Shown here: positions 8,966 through 17,326 of the stretch, one piece after another | Numbering within the stretch: position 1 is the stretch's first letter | Layout of the letters: each line of letters begins with the position of its first letter | DNA from: Rubripirellula sp. | GTDB lineage: Bacteria > Planctomycetota > Planctomycetia > Pirellulales > Pirellulaceae | Assembly (NCBI GenBank): GCA_965216875.1 | Contig: OZ244207.1 | Coordinates: 4,096,001 to 4,160,000 of the forward strand | Reading direction: 5' to 3' | Length of the DNA stretch: 64,000 nt | The notes under the pieces: model-generated | Database searches by the model: none | Told to the model about the DNA's origin: nothing | The model's input: the letters and a program-made list of their open reading frames with translations, nothing else | Made by a program: the position numbers and the translations under genes

Positions 8966-10081
8966 TCAACGATGTGGCGGCAAAAAGTCGTTCAGATTGT
9001 GTGGTCGCAGGTCTTCCCAGTTACCGGTTGCTTCAGGCTCAGGGTATTTCTCAAACAACTGATGTAGCGCCTCGCAACAAGCCTCTGATAGCCCCAGGAA
9101 AGGATAATCGACGGACTTTGAGAGTACGTGAACGAGTAGTCGCTCCGTCTCGGCATCGGCCATTCCCTGTTCGCCAACAAACTCAATGATGCTGCACATA
9201 TGGGAGGGAACGTCGGGCGTTGGTTCCCAGCCGTCAGCCCAAATCTCGATCCTCTTTGTCCATCTGGCGGCGAACTTCAGCAGTGGCGTGGCCGCATCAC
9301 TCCCTAAATCAATCAAGTAGCCCAATGGAGTTTTTGGGTTCACACCTGTCCGCTTCAATCCGGCATCGCTTCCAGACAAGGTCCCTTCGAGCACGCGTAG
9401 CCACTGTTCGATTTGCTCTTGCTTGTCAAAGGCCCCGATTCGTTCAACCATTTGTTCGACCACAACGTGCGTGGGTGTCACATCTGTGCGAACATCCCAA
9501 TCACGTTCCTTTCGCCCCATCAAGCCAAGTTGAGAAAGTAGTTCGCGCTTCTCATCGGGAATGGCGTTACAGATGTCTTCGTAGACGTCGCATCCATGAT
9601 CTGTTCCGTTGGCTGGGTAGGCGATGAATTCGTCCGCCACCTGCAAGTTCTCGGGCCAGAGAATGGTATTCAAGGTTTCGCAGAGCCGCGTTGCCATTTT
9701 CCGAGTCAACGTTGCATTCGGCTCGGCACAAAGTTGTTCGTAGAGTTTCGCGAGCAGCGGTTTGGTCGCGTCGGATCTTCCGAGAATGATCTCTGTCCCT
9801 CGATGGCTGTCCCAAATCATCCGGAGGGCTTCTTCACCAACACTACTAAGGATTTCCTCGCGTTCCCTTGCCGTGAGCGCATGACAAAGGAAATAGGCAG
9901 CCGGGGCGCACGTGTCGTAGTACTCAACGCGGAAACGCACGACCGGTGAAGCAAAGGCTAGCTTCGAAAACGCCCGCGCCGTCTCCTGCACGAGCGGCCC
10001 AACCAGCGATTCAATGAGCTGCTCTTGATCTGTCACAACGACTGCCCTCGACATTGATGCGATACATACCACCAGATTCAA
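8966..10081 (-). CDS. Hypothetical protein (orphan, 371 aa; start may be about 10054)
   Basis: Long ORF filling the gap between the array and the KAP locus; globular composition; no recognised motif. Confidence 0.75.
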   Translation of the reverse strand: MNLVVCIASMSRAVVVTDQEQLIESLVGPLVQETARAFSKLAFASPVVRFRVEYYDTCAPAAYFLCHALTAREREEILSSVGEEALRMIWDSHRGTEIILGRSDATKPLLAKLYEQLCAEPNATLTRKMATRLCETLNTILWPENLQVADEFIAYPANGTDHGCDVYEDICNAIPDEKRELLSQLGLMGRKERDWDVRTDVTPTHVVVEQMVERIGAFDKQEQIEQWLRVLEGTLSGSDAGLKRTGVNPKTPLGYLIDLGSDAATPLLKFAARWTKRIEIWADGWEPTPDVPSHMCSIIEFVGEQGMADAETERLLVHVLSKSVDYPFLGLSEACCEALHQLFEKYPEPEATGNWEDLRPHNLNDFLPPHR

Positions 10082-10211
10082 AGGACATTATTCTTGCATG
10101 GCCCTAACACGTGTACATCCACTATCGTTGATTTGCGATCACAAACTTCCATGACTAAATTCGCATCTCTTGGGAGAAAAGGCAGAGCCCGATCGATTGT
10201 GGGGGCGCGAG

Positions 10212-13028
10212 ATGGCGAAAAAGAAATCGGTTTCGAAATCGTTCGACTTGGCGTACGACACGGCACAGGGGGTTGGGCGGCGTCGACTTGCGTTGAGTCG
10301 CGAGCAGGTTTTGTGGGCCTGCTTGGGGACGCTCTTGGTCGTGAGTTCGACGTGGTACTTCACGACTCGAGCACCCTATCATGACGCCTATACCCGCCCG
10401 TCTCTCCTTAGCCTTGAGGGCTGGACTTGCCCAATCGAACACAATGCTCCGCAGCGACTTGTCCGCATCAATCAACACTTTCGCGATGTGATCGCTCCGT
10501 CTGGTACCACTGACGTTTGGGCCGTCGGTGAGAGTGGTGTGATTCTGCACAGTGATGACTCTGGAAAAACGTGGACGTTGCAACACCAATATCGCGAGGA
10601 CGCAACAGGCGGAGTGAGCAACTCAGCGTGGCCCGTTCATGCAGCCCACTTTTCGACCGATGGTCAATTTGGATTGGCTGTTGGCTTTGGAGGTGTCGCT
10701 TTGCGATGCCTCGATGGCGAGACTTGGACAGAGGTCGCCATTCCCGGGTTGCCGCGAGCCGTACTTGAAGGCACCAGCGGTGAAATTGCGAATGCTTTGC
10801 ATGACGTTCAGGTCATCGATCCGATGCACCAATGGATCGTAGGTGATAACGTCCTTTGCTACTCCTCCGATGGTGGTGACACCTGGACAAACGCCCGGAT
10901 TCCGCAGTTGGTCGGTGAAGCGAAAAGTGGCGGTTACGCGATCAGTGCTGTGTCGGCAAATGAGTGCTCGGTCGGAAATCAAGACGGCATTTATCGAACG
11001 ACCAATGGGGGTGTTAATTGGGTAGAAACGCTCCCTACCTCGAGGATCTTTTCGCTGAAGATCAACGGAGGATTCGGCCTGGCGACGGGCGAGCATTGGC
11101 AATCCGCGCCACTTCCCACGAAGGGAAAAGAGACCGTTAGAGCGGCACCCATCGACGAACTAATACCAGCGACTTTGGTGGCGCAAAGAGGTGAGACGAT
11201 AGCCGCGTCTCAGCCAGCCCAAACCTTTTGGAAGTCAACCAATGGCGGAACGGATTGGACTCCGATCTCGCCTGCCGTCGCTGGTGTTGAAGGGCCACTG
11301 CTTGCCGTGGACGTTAGCGAAACGGGAAACGGCTGGGCCGTCGGCGCACCTGGGCTTCTGCTGCGATCAATGGACAAGTTGAACACGTGGGAACAGGTTT
11401 CGATTCCCGTCGAATGCACACTTAACGCAGTTAGCTTTCGCGACGAAGCGAATGGCTGGGCCGTCGGCGATGACGGCACCATTTTGCATTCCGCGGATAG
11501 CGGTCAAACGTGGATACGCCAATCCCAAAACCTAGCAACCGTTTCAGCGGGAACCTACCGCTGGTTTCCCGGCATTGGCTACTACGTCGTTCTTGCTGTC
11601 TCGGCGTTCGTTTTTGTTCGCGTCCGTAATCCGGTCAGTCATACGGAAGTCCCAACCGATCCCATCGAGTCGATCGATACGCCCGGAGTCTCAGATCGAC
11701 CTCTCACATCTGACCGACCGGATCACCTAAATTTCCGCCCGCTGGCTCTGGCGATCTCACGTTTCATGCGTAACGAGGACACCGAACCACCGATCACGAT
11801 CGCAGTCACGGGTGGCTGGGGCACTGGCAAGAGCTCTCTGATGAATTTGGTACGCGAGGATCTCGAGCGACACGGTTTCCGTCCTGTTTGGTTCAACGCT
11901 TGGCATCATCAAAACGAAGAGCAGATGTTGGCTTCGTTACTCGAGAACATTCGCAGCAACGCAATTCCGCGTTGGCGCAATTTGGGCACTCGCCTTCGAT
12001 TCCGCTGGCGGCTGCTTCGCAAAAAAGCGGGTAATCAGATTTGGCTTGTTTGTGGATTTGTGGCGATAGGCGTGTTAGCAAGCTTGATCCCTGGACTGCC
12101 TGAACTGATTCGTTCATCCGTTCTGTGGCTCACTTCGTCAATCAAGGGCGAGCAAAGCACTCTCGCTGCGACCGAATCTGGGGTAGGCAACTCAGGTGTA
12201 AACCTCGTGTTTTGGACAACCCTGTTGGGAGTTACCGCTGCGATCTGGCGCGCTGTGACTGCCTTCGGAATGAACCCTGCCATGTTGCTCGCTCAGGTTT
12301 CGAATGCCTCAAAGATCGCTCAGTTGGGGGACAAACTCAGTTTCCGGCATCGCTTTGCCGAGGAGTTCAAAGTCGTAACATGGGCCCTAAAACCGCGCGC
12401 GCTCGTGATCATGATCGATGACCTTGATCGCTGCCGCCCCGAAAATGTCCTTGAGGTCCTCGAGGCAATCAACTTCCTAGTGACCTCGGGTGACTGCTAC
12501 GTCATTTGCGGCATGGCGCTTAATCGTGTGGAGCCATGCATTGGGCTCGGATTCGAACGCGTCGCCGCAGAAATGGATTCCGAAGATTCCTTCGACGGCA
12601 ACAGTGATGGCGAAGGCGAAGAACTGGACGAAGAAGAAAACGCTCGTCTCAGACGCAGGCAATATGCGCGGCAGTATCTTGAGAAACTAATCAACTTCCC
12701 AATCCCAGTCCCGCAGATGACCGAAACTCAGGCAAGAAGCCTCGTATCAAACGGTGAGGGTCTAGGGCCATCCGATGAAGAGCCAAGTCCTTCGATTCGT
12801 CGCTGGGCGAGAGAAGAGTTGGAAAAGCATTCGCGACTCCTCGCCGCCGCCGCGTTCCTGATGGTGGTAGTCATCATGTTTGTCATTTCAGCAAACCGGC
12901 GCAACGAAAACACCAAACAAACGCCCGAAACTACCACTGAACGAAGTAGCGTTGCTCCGCCCCCGGACCCCGAAGCCTCTTTCACTCAACGACATCCGCT
13001 CCCTCTAGCCCTCGGAGAACCTCGATGA
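10212..13028 (+). CDS. Membrane protein: YCF48/BNR-repeat beta-propeller + KAP-family P-loop NTPase, lacking the C-terminal KAP motif
   Basis: Repeated WAVG..G.IL.S.DxGxTW Asp-box units; SDRP..DHLNF; Walker A GGWGTGKSS; FNAWHHQ; two TMs inserted in the NTPase; Walker B IMIDDLDRC; YLEKLINFPIPVP; ATG 10212 preferred over TTG 10170. Confidence 0.9.
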   Translation: MAKKKSVSKSFDLAYDTAQGVGRRRLALSREQVLWACLGTLLVVSSTWYFTTRAPYHDAYTRPSLLSLEGWTCPIEHNAPQRLVRINQHFRDVIAPSGTTDVWAVGESGVILHSDDSGKTWTLQHQYREDATGGVSNSAWPVHAAHFSTDGQFGLAVGFGGVALRCLDGETWTEVAIPGLPRAVLEGTSGEIANALHDVQVIDPMHQWIVGDNVLCYSSDGGDTWTNARIPQLVGEAKSGGYAISAVSANECSVGNQDGIYRTTNGGVNWVETLPTSRIFSLKINGGFGLATGEHWQSAPLPTKGKETVRAAPIDELIPATLVAQRGETIAASQPAQTFWKSTNGGTDWTPISPAVAGVEGPLLAVDVSETGNGWAVGAPGLLLRSMDKLNTWEQVSIPVECTLNAVSFRDEANGWAVGDDGTILHSADSGQTWIRQSQNLATVSAGTYRWFPGIGYYVVLAVSAFVFVRVRNPVSHTEVPTDPIESIDTPGVSDRPLTSDRPDHLNFRPLALAISRFMRNEDTEPPITIAVTGGWGTGKSSLMNLVREDLERHGFRPVWFNAWHHQNEEQMLASLLENIRSNAIPRWRNLGTRLRFRWRLLRKKAGNQIWLVCGFVAIGVLASLIPGLPELIRSSVLWLTSSIKGEQSTLAATESGVGNSGVNLVFWTTLLGVTAAIWRAVTAFGMNPAMLLAQVSNASKIAQLGDKLSFRHRFAEEFKVVTWALKPRALVIMIDDLDRCRPENVLEVLEAINFLVTSGDCYVICGMALNRVEPCIGLGFERVAAEMDSEDSFDGNSDGEGEELDEEENARLRRRQYARQYLEKLINFPIPVPQMTETQARSLVSNGEGLGPSDEEPSPSIRRWAREELEKHSRLLAAAAFLMVVVIMFVISANRRNENTKQTPETTTERSSVAPPPDPEASFTQRHPLPLALGEPR

Positions 13029-14599
13029 GTTGGATTCGCACAACAATCTTGCTGATGGGCGTTCTGGGATTTGGGCGCGTTAGCATGCCCGCGGAGGACG
13101 TCGAAGCCTTGATCGGGGGCTTCAAGCTGATACCACCCAAGCCCGCAATCGACGACGACTTGGTTATTCACTTCCAGCATGCCATCACTCGGGACGGGAC
13201 CGCAGACGAGGCCTCTCACGCAGAGGATACACCGAAGATCACTTTTCACGCATTTGTCGACAACCAACCAAAGGTGTCTCAGTCGATCGGCCCTGGAACC
13301 ATCTTGCTGAACAAGGTTGAAGAGGGACGTTTTACTGTTGTCGTTCAAGTCGCTGATGAAATGTCTGTCATCTCCTTTGATGTTGGACCTCAAAACGCGC
13401 CAACCGATTCGTCTTCTTCACTCCCCCATTCCATTGATGAAGACGCCCCGCCACCACCCGCCGAGGATGGCAACGTTATTGCTCCGACAAACTCAGCACA
13501 GGCCAATTCAGCGAGAGACTTGCCCAAACGCGACCACAACGAATCCTCCCCATCCGGGACCGACAACACGGTGGGAAACAGTGTTGGGCAAAACAACACA
13601 GGCACAACTGGATTCATCGTACGCCACGAGTTCCTAATCGATGCGACCAAGACAGCCGCTAGCCGCCTCAATCCCACGCAAACGCGGGAGTTGAAAAACC
13701 GCATCGACTCACTGCGACTGGAGATTGGATCCGGCGGATCTTCACACGGGGAACAATTCCGCAGAACGATCGCTCAATCGGATATGCGCGATACCGGGAC
13801 ACATTCCATCTGGCCGCGTGTCTACATCGACTTGCGCGACGGCATTTTGGCCGAATCGATTGACACCAACGACTTAGATGCCTGGCGACAAACGCTAAGA
13901 AAGATCAGCGACGCGTTGAACGCCCTGCTGCGGAGCGAAACTGGTTACTCGAATTCTGGCCAACTCAGGTATCCCGTGCCATTGACGGACCCAGTCGAAT
14001 ATGAGGCACCCGAGGATGGAACGCTGTTGGCTTGGTGGTTGCCCTTGTTTGCCTTGCTCGCGTGCGGTCTCCTTCTCGTGCAAGCAGCATCGAGGACGGT
14101 CGAACCGATCGTTCACGACTCACAAGACTTCAAAGAAGCCCTCGACATTTGGCATGATGTCATCGCGATCGATTGTCGAACTCCGCGTGCCTTCAAACGT
14201 TTCGTTAATCGGCTCCGATTTTCCGCCATGCGCATCCGACCTCCTGGCGCCGACCCAACGCACTTCGATCTGTTTACCGATTACTTTCGCAAGTGGATTG
14301 GCCTACCGACAAAAGCGAGTCAGCAACCCATCGCTTGGGACCAACTTGCGGGCAATGAAGCGGTGATCGTTGCACTCACCGCGATCTTGCAGGCCGACCG
14401 CACTTGGCTTGATGATGACCGCCACTGGTCTTGGTTACAAAGTGGTTGTAGCGGCCGCGCTCCTGCAGGCCTCGATCCAACACAACGCAACACCATCCGC
14501 GACGCCATCGCCATGCACAAAACGCACTTTGGATTTTGGTCGCCACATGACTCGCTTCGCGAGAGTCTTCGATCCGTTGCGGTCGAAGATGCGATTTGA
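13025..14599 (+). CDS. Signal-peptide, single-pass membrane protein whose C-terminal tail carries a KAP NTPase C-terminal motif
   Basis: ATGA overlap with the previous stop; GGAG 7 nt upstream; leader MSWIRTTILLMGVLGFG; TM LLAWWLPLFALLACGLLLV; then DSQDFKEALDIW..TPRAFKRFVNRLRFSAMR. Confidence 0.82.
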   Translation: MSWIRTTILLMGVLGFGRVSMPAEDVEALIGGFKLIPPKPAIDDDLVIHFQHAITRDGTADEASHAEDTPKITFHAFVDNQPKVSQSIGPGTILLNKVEEGRFTVVVQVADEMSVISFDVGPQNAPTDSSSSLPHSIDEDAPPPPAEDGNVIAPTNSAQANSARDLPKRDHNESSPSGTDNTVGNSVGQNNTGTTGFIVRHEFLIDATKTAASRLNPTQTRELKNRIDSLRLEIGSGGSSHGEQFRRTIAQSDMRDTGTHSIWPRVYIDLRDGILAESIDTNDLDAWRQTLRKISDALNALLRSETGYSNSGQLRYPVPLTDPVEYEAPEDGTLLAWWLPLFALLACGLLLVQAASRTVEPIVHDSQDFKEALDIWHDVIAIDCRTPRAFKRFVNRLRFSAMRIRPPGADPTHFDLFTDYFRKWIGLPTKASQQPIAWDQLAGNEAVIVALTAILQADRTWLDDDRHWSWLQSGCSGRAPAGLDPTQRNTIRDAIAMHKTHFGFWSPHDSLRESLRSVAVEDAI

Positions 14600-14751
14600 T
14601 CTTTCGCGACACCGCAACTCTTATTCAACGCATTTCGAGTGCAACAATTTACAGTACGATTGATTTTTCCGGCGCGTTACTCAGAATTGGTCTGTTGTTT
14701 TGAAGCACGTCTCGCCGCTTCGTTCGGCAGAATCCATCGAGAAAACACATT

Positions 14752-16296
14752 ATGAAACTGCATCACAAGTTCTTTACCTTTGTGGTGATCGCTTGCAGTC
14801 TTGCCAGCAATGCTGCAGCCCAAGACCAAGCTTCGACGTTCACCGCGAAAGACTATCCCGAGGCCTACCAAGCGAACTGGGATTCGCTCGCGAAACATGG
14901 CCGGGCTCCCGAATGGTTCGCGGACGCAAAGCTCGGAATCTACTTCCACTGGGGGCCATACACCGTCCCCGGTTTCCGAACGGAGTGGTACCCGCGCTGG
15001 ATGCACATGGAAAAACCAGCCAACTGGGGCGCTGGCTCGATGGAGTATCACAAAGAGCACTACGGTGACCCCTCGGAATTTGGCTACCACCACTTCATCC
15101 CGATGTTCACTGGCGAGCACTTTGATCCTGCCGACTGGGCCGAACTCTTTGCATCGGCCGGTGCAAAATTTGCCGGCCCCGTTGCCCAGCATCACGACGG
15201 ATTCTCGATGTGGGCCAGTAAGATCAATCCCAACAACGCCAAAGTCGAAGGTCCCAAGCGAGACATTCTTGGCGAGCTGTTTGGTGAACTTCGTAAACGC
15301 GACATGAAAACGATCGCGACGTTCCATCACTCGTTCACGGGTCAACGCCACCGTGACGGCGTGAAAAAAGGGGAACGTAACACGAGCTACTACCCCTACA
15401 ACAAAGACTATTTCACCTCGAGCGAAGATCCAAAGCTTCGCAAGCTCTACGGGAACATGCCCGAAGCGGAATTCAACGACTATTGGTTGAACTTGGTCCA
15501 GGAAGTGGTCGACACCTATTCGCCTGACATGATCTGGTTCGACTCGTGGCTCGATGTGATCCCTGAAGACTACCGACAACGGATGGCGGCACATCACTTC
15601 AATGCCACTGCCGCTCGTGGCGAACCGGGTGTTTTGATCTGCAAGCAGGATGACATGCCCGATCAACTTCGCGTGCTCGACATCGAGCAGGGCGGCATGA
15701 AGGAAATGCCCGACAAGGTTTGGATGACCGACATCACGTTGAGCCTGAACGGTTGGTGCCACGTCCAAAACCAAAAATACAAATCGCTGCCGTTGCTCGT
15801 TCGCAACATGGTCGACGTATGGAGTAAACGTGGTGTTGTGCTTCTCAACATTTCACCACGAGCTGATGGTGTCATCCCCGACAACCAGCGTGAACTGCTG
15901 CATGGTCTCGGCGACTGGTTGGAAGTCTATGGCGAAGCCGTCTATGGAACGCGTCATCACCATGTGTTTGGCTACGGCGATGCCACCATCAAAGAGGGAC
16001 ACCACGGAGGCCAATCGGCAACGATCAAGTACACAGCCAGTGACATTCGTTTCACCCGGTCGGCCGATGGCAAAGCAATTTACGTCTTCTTCCTTGGGCA
16101 ACCCGAAGAGGGATCGAAGTTGACGGTCCGCCACTTGGCAGCCGACGGCCAACAGGTCGATGTGAAAGACGTATCATTGCTTGGCAGCGACGCGCCGTGC
16201 CAGTGGCAATTTGAAGACGGCCTCCTGAAAGTGGTTGCCCCCCAGGGGACCAAGGCCAATGAAATTGCAACGGTTTACAAGGTCTCGCTGAAATAG
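14752..16296 (+). CDS. Alpha-L-fucosidase (GH29), secreted
   Basis: Signal peptide; PEWFADAKLGIYFHWG; AQHHDGFSMW; PDMIWFD; LLNISPRADG; GEAVYGTR. Confidence 0.95.
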   Translation: MKLHHKFFTFVVIACSLASNAAAQDQASTFTAKDYPEAYQANWDSLAKHGRAPEWFADAKLGIYFHWGPYTVPGFRTEWYPRWMHMEKPANWGAGSMEYHKEHYGDPSEFGYHHFIPMFTGEHFDPADWAELFASAGAKFAGPVAQHHDGFSMWASKINPNNAKVEGPKRDILGELFGELRKRDMKTIATFHHSFTGQRHRDGVKKGERNTSYYPYNKDYFTSSEDPKLRKLYGNMPEAEFNDYWLNLVQEVVDTYSPDMIWFDSWLDVIPEDYRQRMAAHHFNATAARGEPGVLICKQDDMPDQLRVLDIEQGGMKEMPDKVWMTDITLSLNGWCHVQNQKYKSLPLLVRNMVDVWSKRGVVLLNISPRADGVIPDNQRELLHGLGDWLEVYGEAVYGTRHHHVFGYGDATIKEGHHGGQSATIKYTASDIRFTRSADGKAIYVFFLGQPEEGSKLTVRHLAADGQQVDVKDVSLLGSDAPCQWQFEDGLLKVVAPQGTKANEIATVYKVSLK

Positions 16297-16335
16297 CGGG
16301 GCGAACCGAGTGGTGCATGATTGCATGCCCCCGTC

Positions 16336-17097
16336 CTAGTCATGGCGAAATTGATTTCGATAGCCGCGTGGCGTGATTCCCGTCACGCGGCGAAATCGTT
16401 TGGTGAAGTGGCTTTGGTCAAAAAAACCGACCTCTGATGCGATCTCGGCAAGGCTTCGAGAGGTTTGCGTCAACAACCGCTGCGCATGTTGAACACGTAA
16501 CGACAGAATAAAGTCGGTTGGCGACATCCGCAGCAGTGTTCGAAAACGCTGGTTGAACTGCGTCGCCGAAAGCCCCGCCATCGATGCCATCTCGCGCATC
16601 GAAATGGCATCGGTGTGATGCTCGCTGATGTACCGGACCACCGGCGACAATTCCTGAAAGTAAGCCTGCTGGTCTTCGGGCGTGGCAATCGGGTACATCA
16701 CACCCGCAATGCCGACGACCTCGCCGTCGAGATCAAAGAGCGGCGTTTTGGTCGAGACGTACCAACGCGGAGTACCGCGCACGTGTGGGACAAGCCAAAC
16801 CTGGTTTGCGATCGTTTTTCGACCGTCCATCACGCGACGGTCTTCGGCATGGTACGCCTCTGCCAGGGCGGGCGGCTGAAACTCGGCGTCCGTCCGCCCT
16901 AGCAATTCATTTGCGTCATCGAGCCCAAAGACGTCACGCAGCGTTGCGGAATTGATCCAAACGTACCGATGCTGGCGGTCCTTGCCATAGAAATAGGCGC
17001 CGGGCATGTGCTCAAACAGTGGCAGCACAAACCCACTGTGCAGTCCACTTGCCAGGAACGCACGCTGGAATTCGTCAGGTTGATCGGCAGCCGCCAT
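16336..17097 (-). CDS. AraC-family regulator with N-terminal PAS-like domain
   Basis: FYGKDRQHRYVWIN..GRTDAEF PAS_4-like region; C-terminal IASEVGFFDQSHFTKRFRRVTGITP AraC signature. Confidence 0.93.
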   Translation of the reverse strand: MAAADQPDEFQRAFLASGLHSGFVLPLFEHMPGAYFYGKDRQHRYVWINSATLRDVFGLDDANELLGRTDAEFQPPALAEAYHAEDRRVMDGRKTIANQVWLVPHVRGTPRWYVSTKTPLFDLDGEVVGIAGVMYPIATPEDQQAYFQELSPVVRYISEHHTDAISMREMASMAGLSATQFNQRFRTLLRMSPTDFILSLRVQHAQRLLTQTSRSLAEIASEVGFFDQSHFTKRFRRVTGITPRGYRNQFRHD

Positions 17098-17188
17098 GCG
17101 TCAAATCATACAAGAACGCCAAAGCGAGTGGGCCCCTGATGGCAACGCGCACCAGATCCTGCGACAACCGCAAAGCACTCTGCTGGCA

Positions 17189-17268
17189 CGTGAGCCGGAC
17201 ATGCTACTAGCATCGGCAATGGGGGCCCAATGAAGCGCAAGGCCCAACGCGAGCGAGTTCGGCTCACG
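17189..17268. repeat. Inverted repeat of the GTGAGCCG family
   Basis: CGTGAGCCGGAC ... GTTCGGCTCACG; a related motif occurs at about 35614-35644. Confidence 0.5.
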
Positions 17269-17326
17269 GAATCACAGCCTCGAGGGGAAGACGGCGATCG
17301 CTGGTCGTTTTGAACGCGTGAATCGC

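Noticed and set aside
8072..8969. Five overlapping paralogous small ORFs on the minus strand
   Set aside because: They are by-products of the 181-bp repeat; the period is not divisible by 3 and the ORFs overlap in shifting frames
10300..11520. Photosystem II assembly factor (YCF48) function
   Set aside because: The similarity is only to the generic Asp-box propeller; there is no photosynthesis context and the domain is fused to a KAP NTPase
12950..13060. Programmed frameshift or pseudogene explanation for the KAP split
   Set aside because: No slippery heptamer or long homopolymer is visible at the junction, and the ATGA overlap, GGAG and a new signal-like leader favour a real second gene. 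Not excluded without reads
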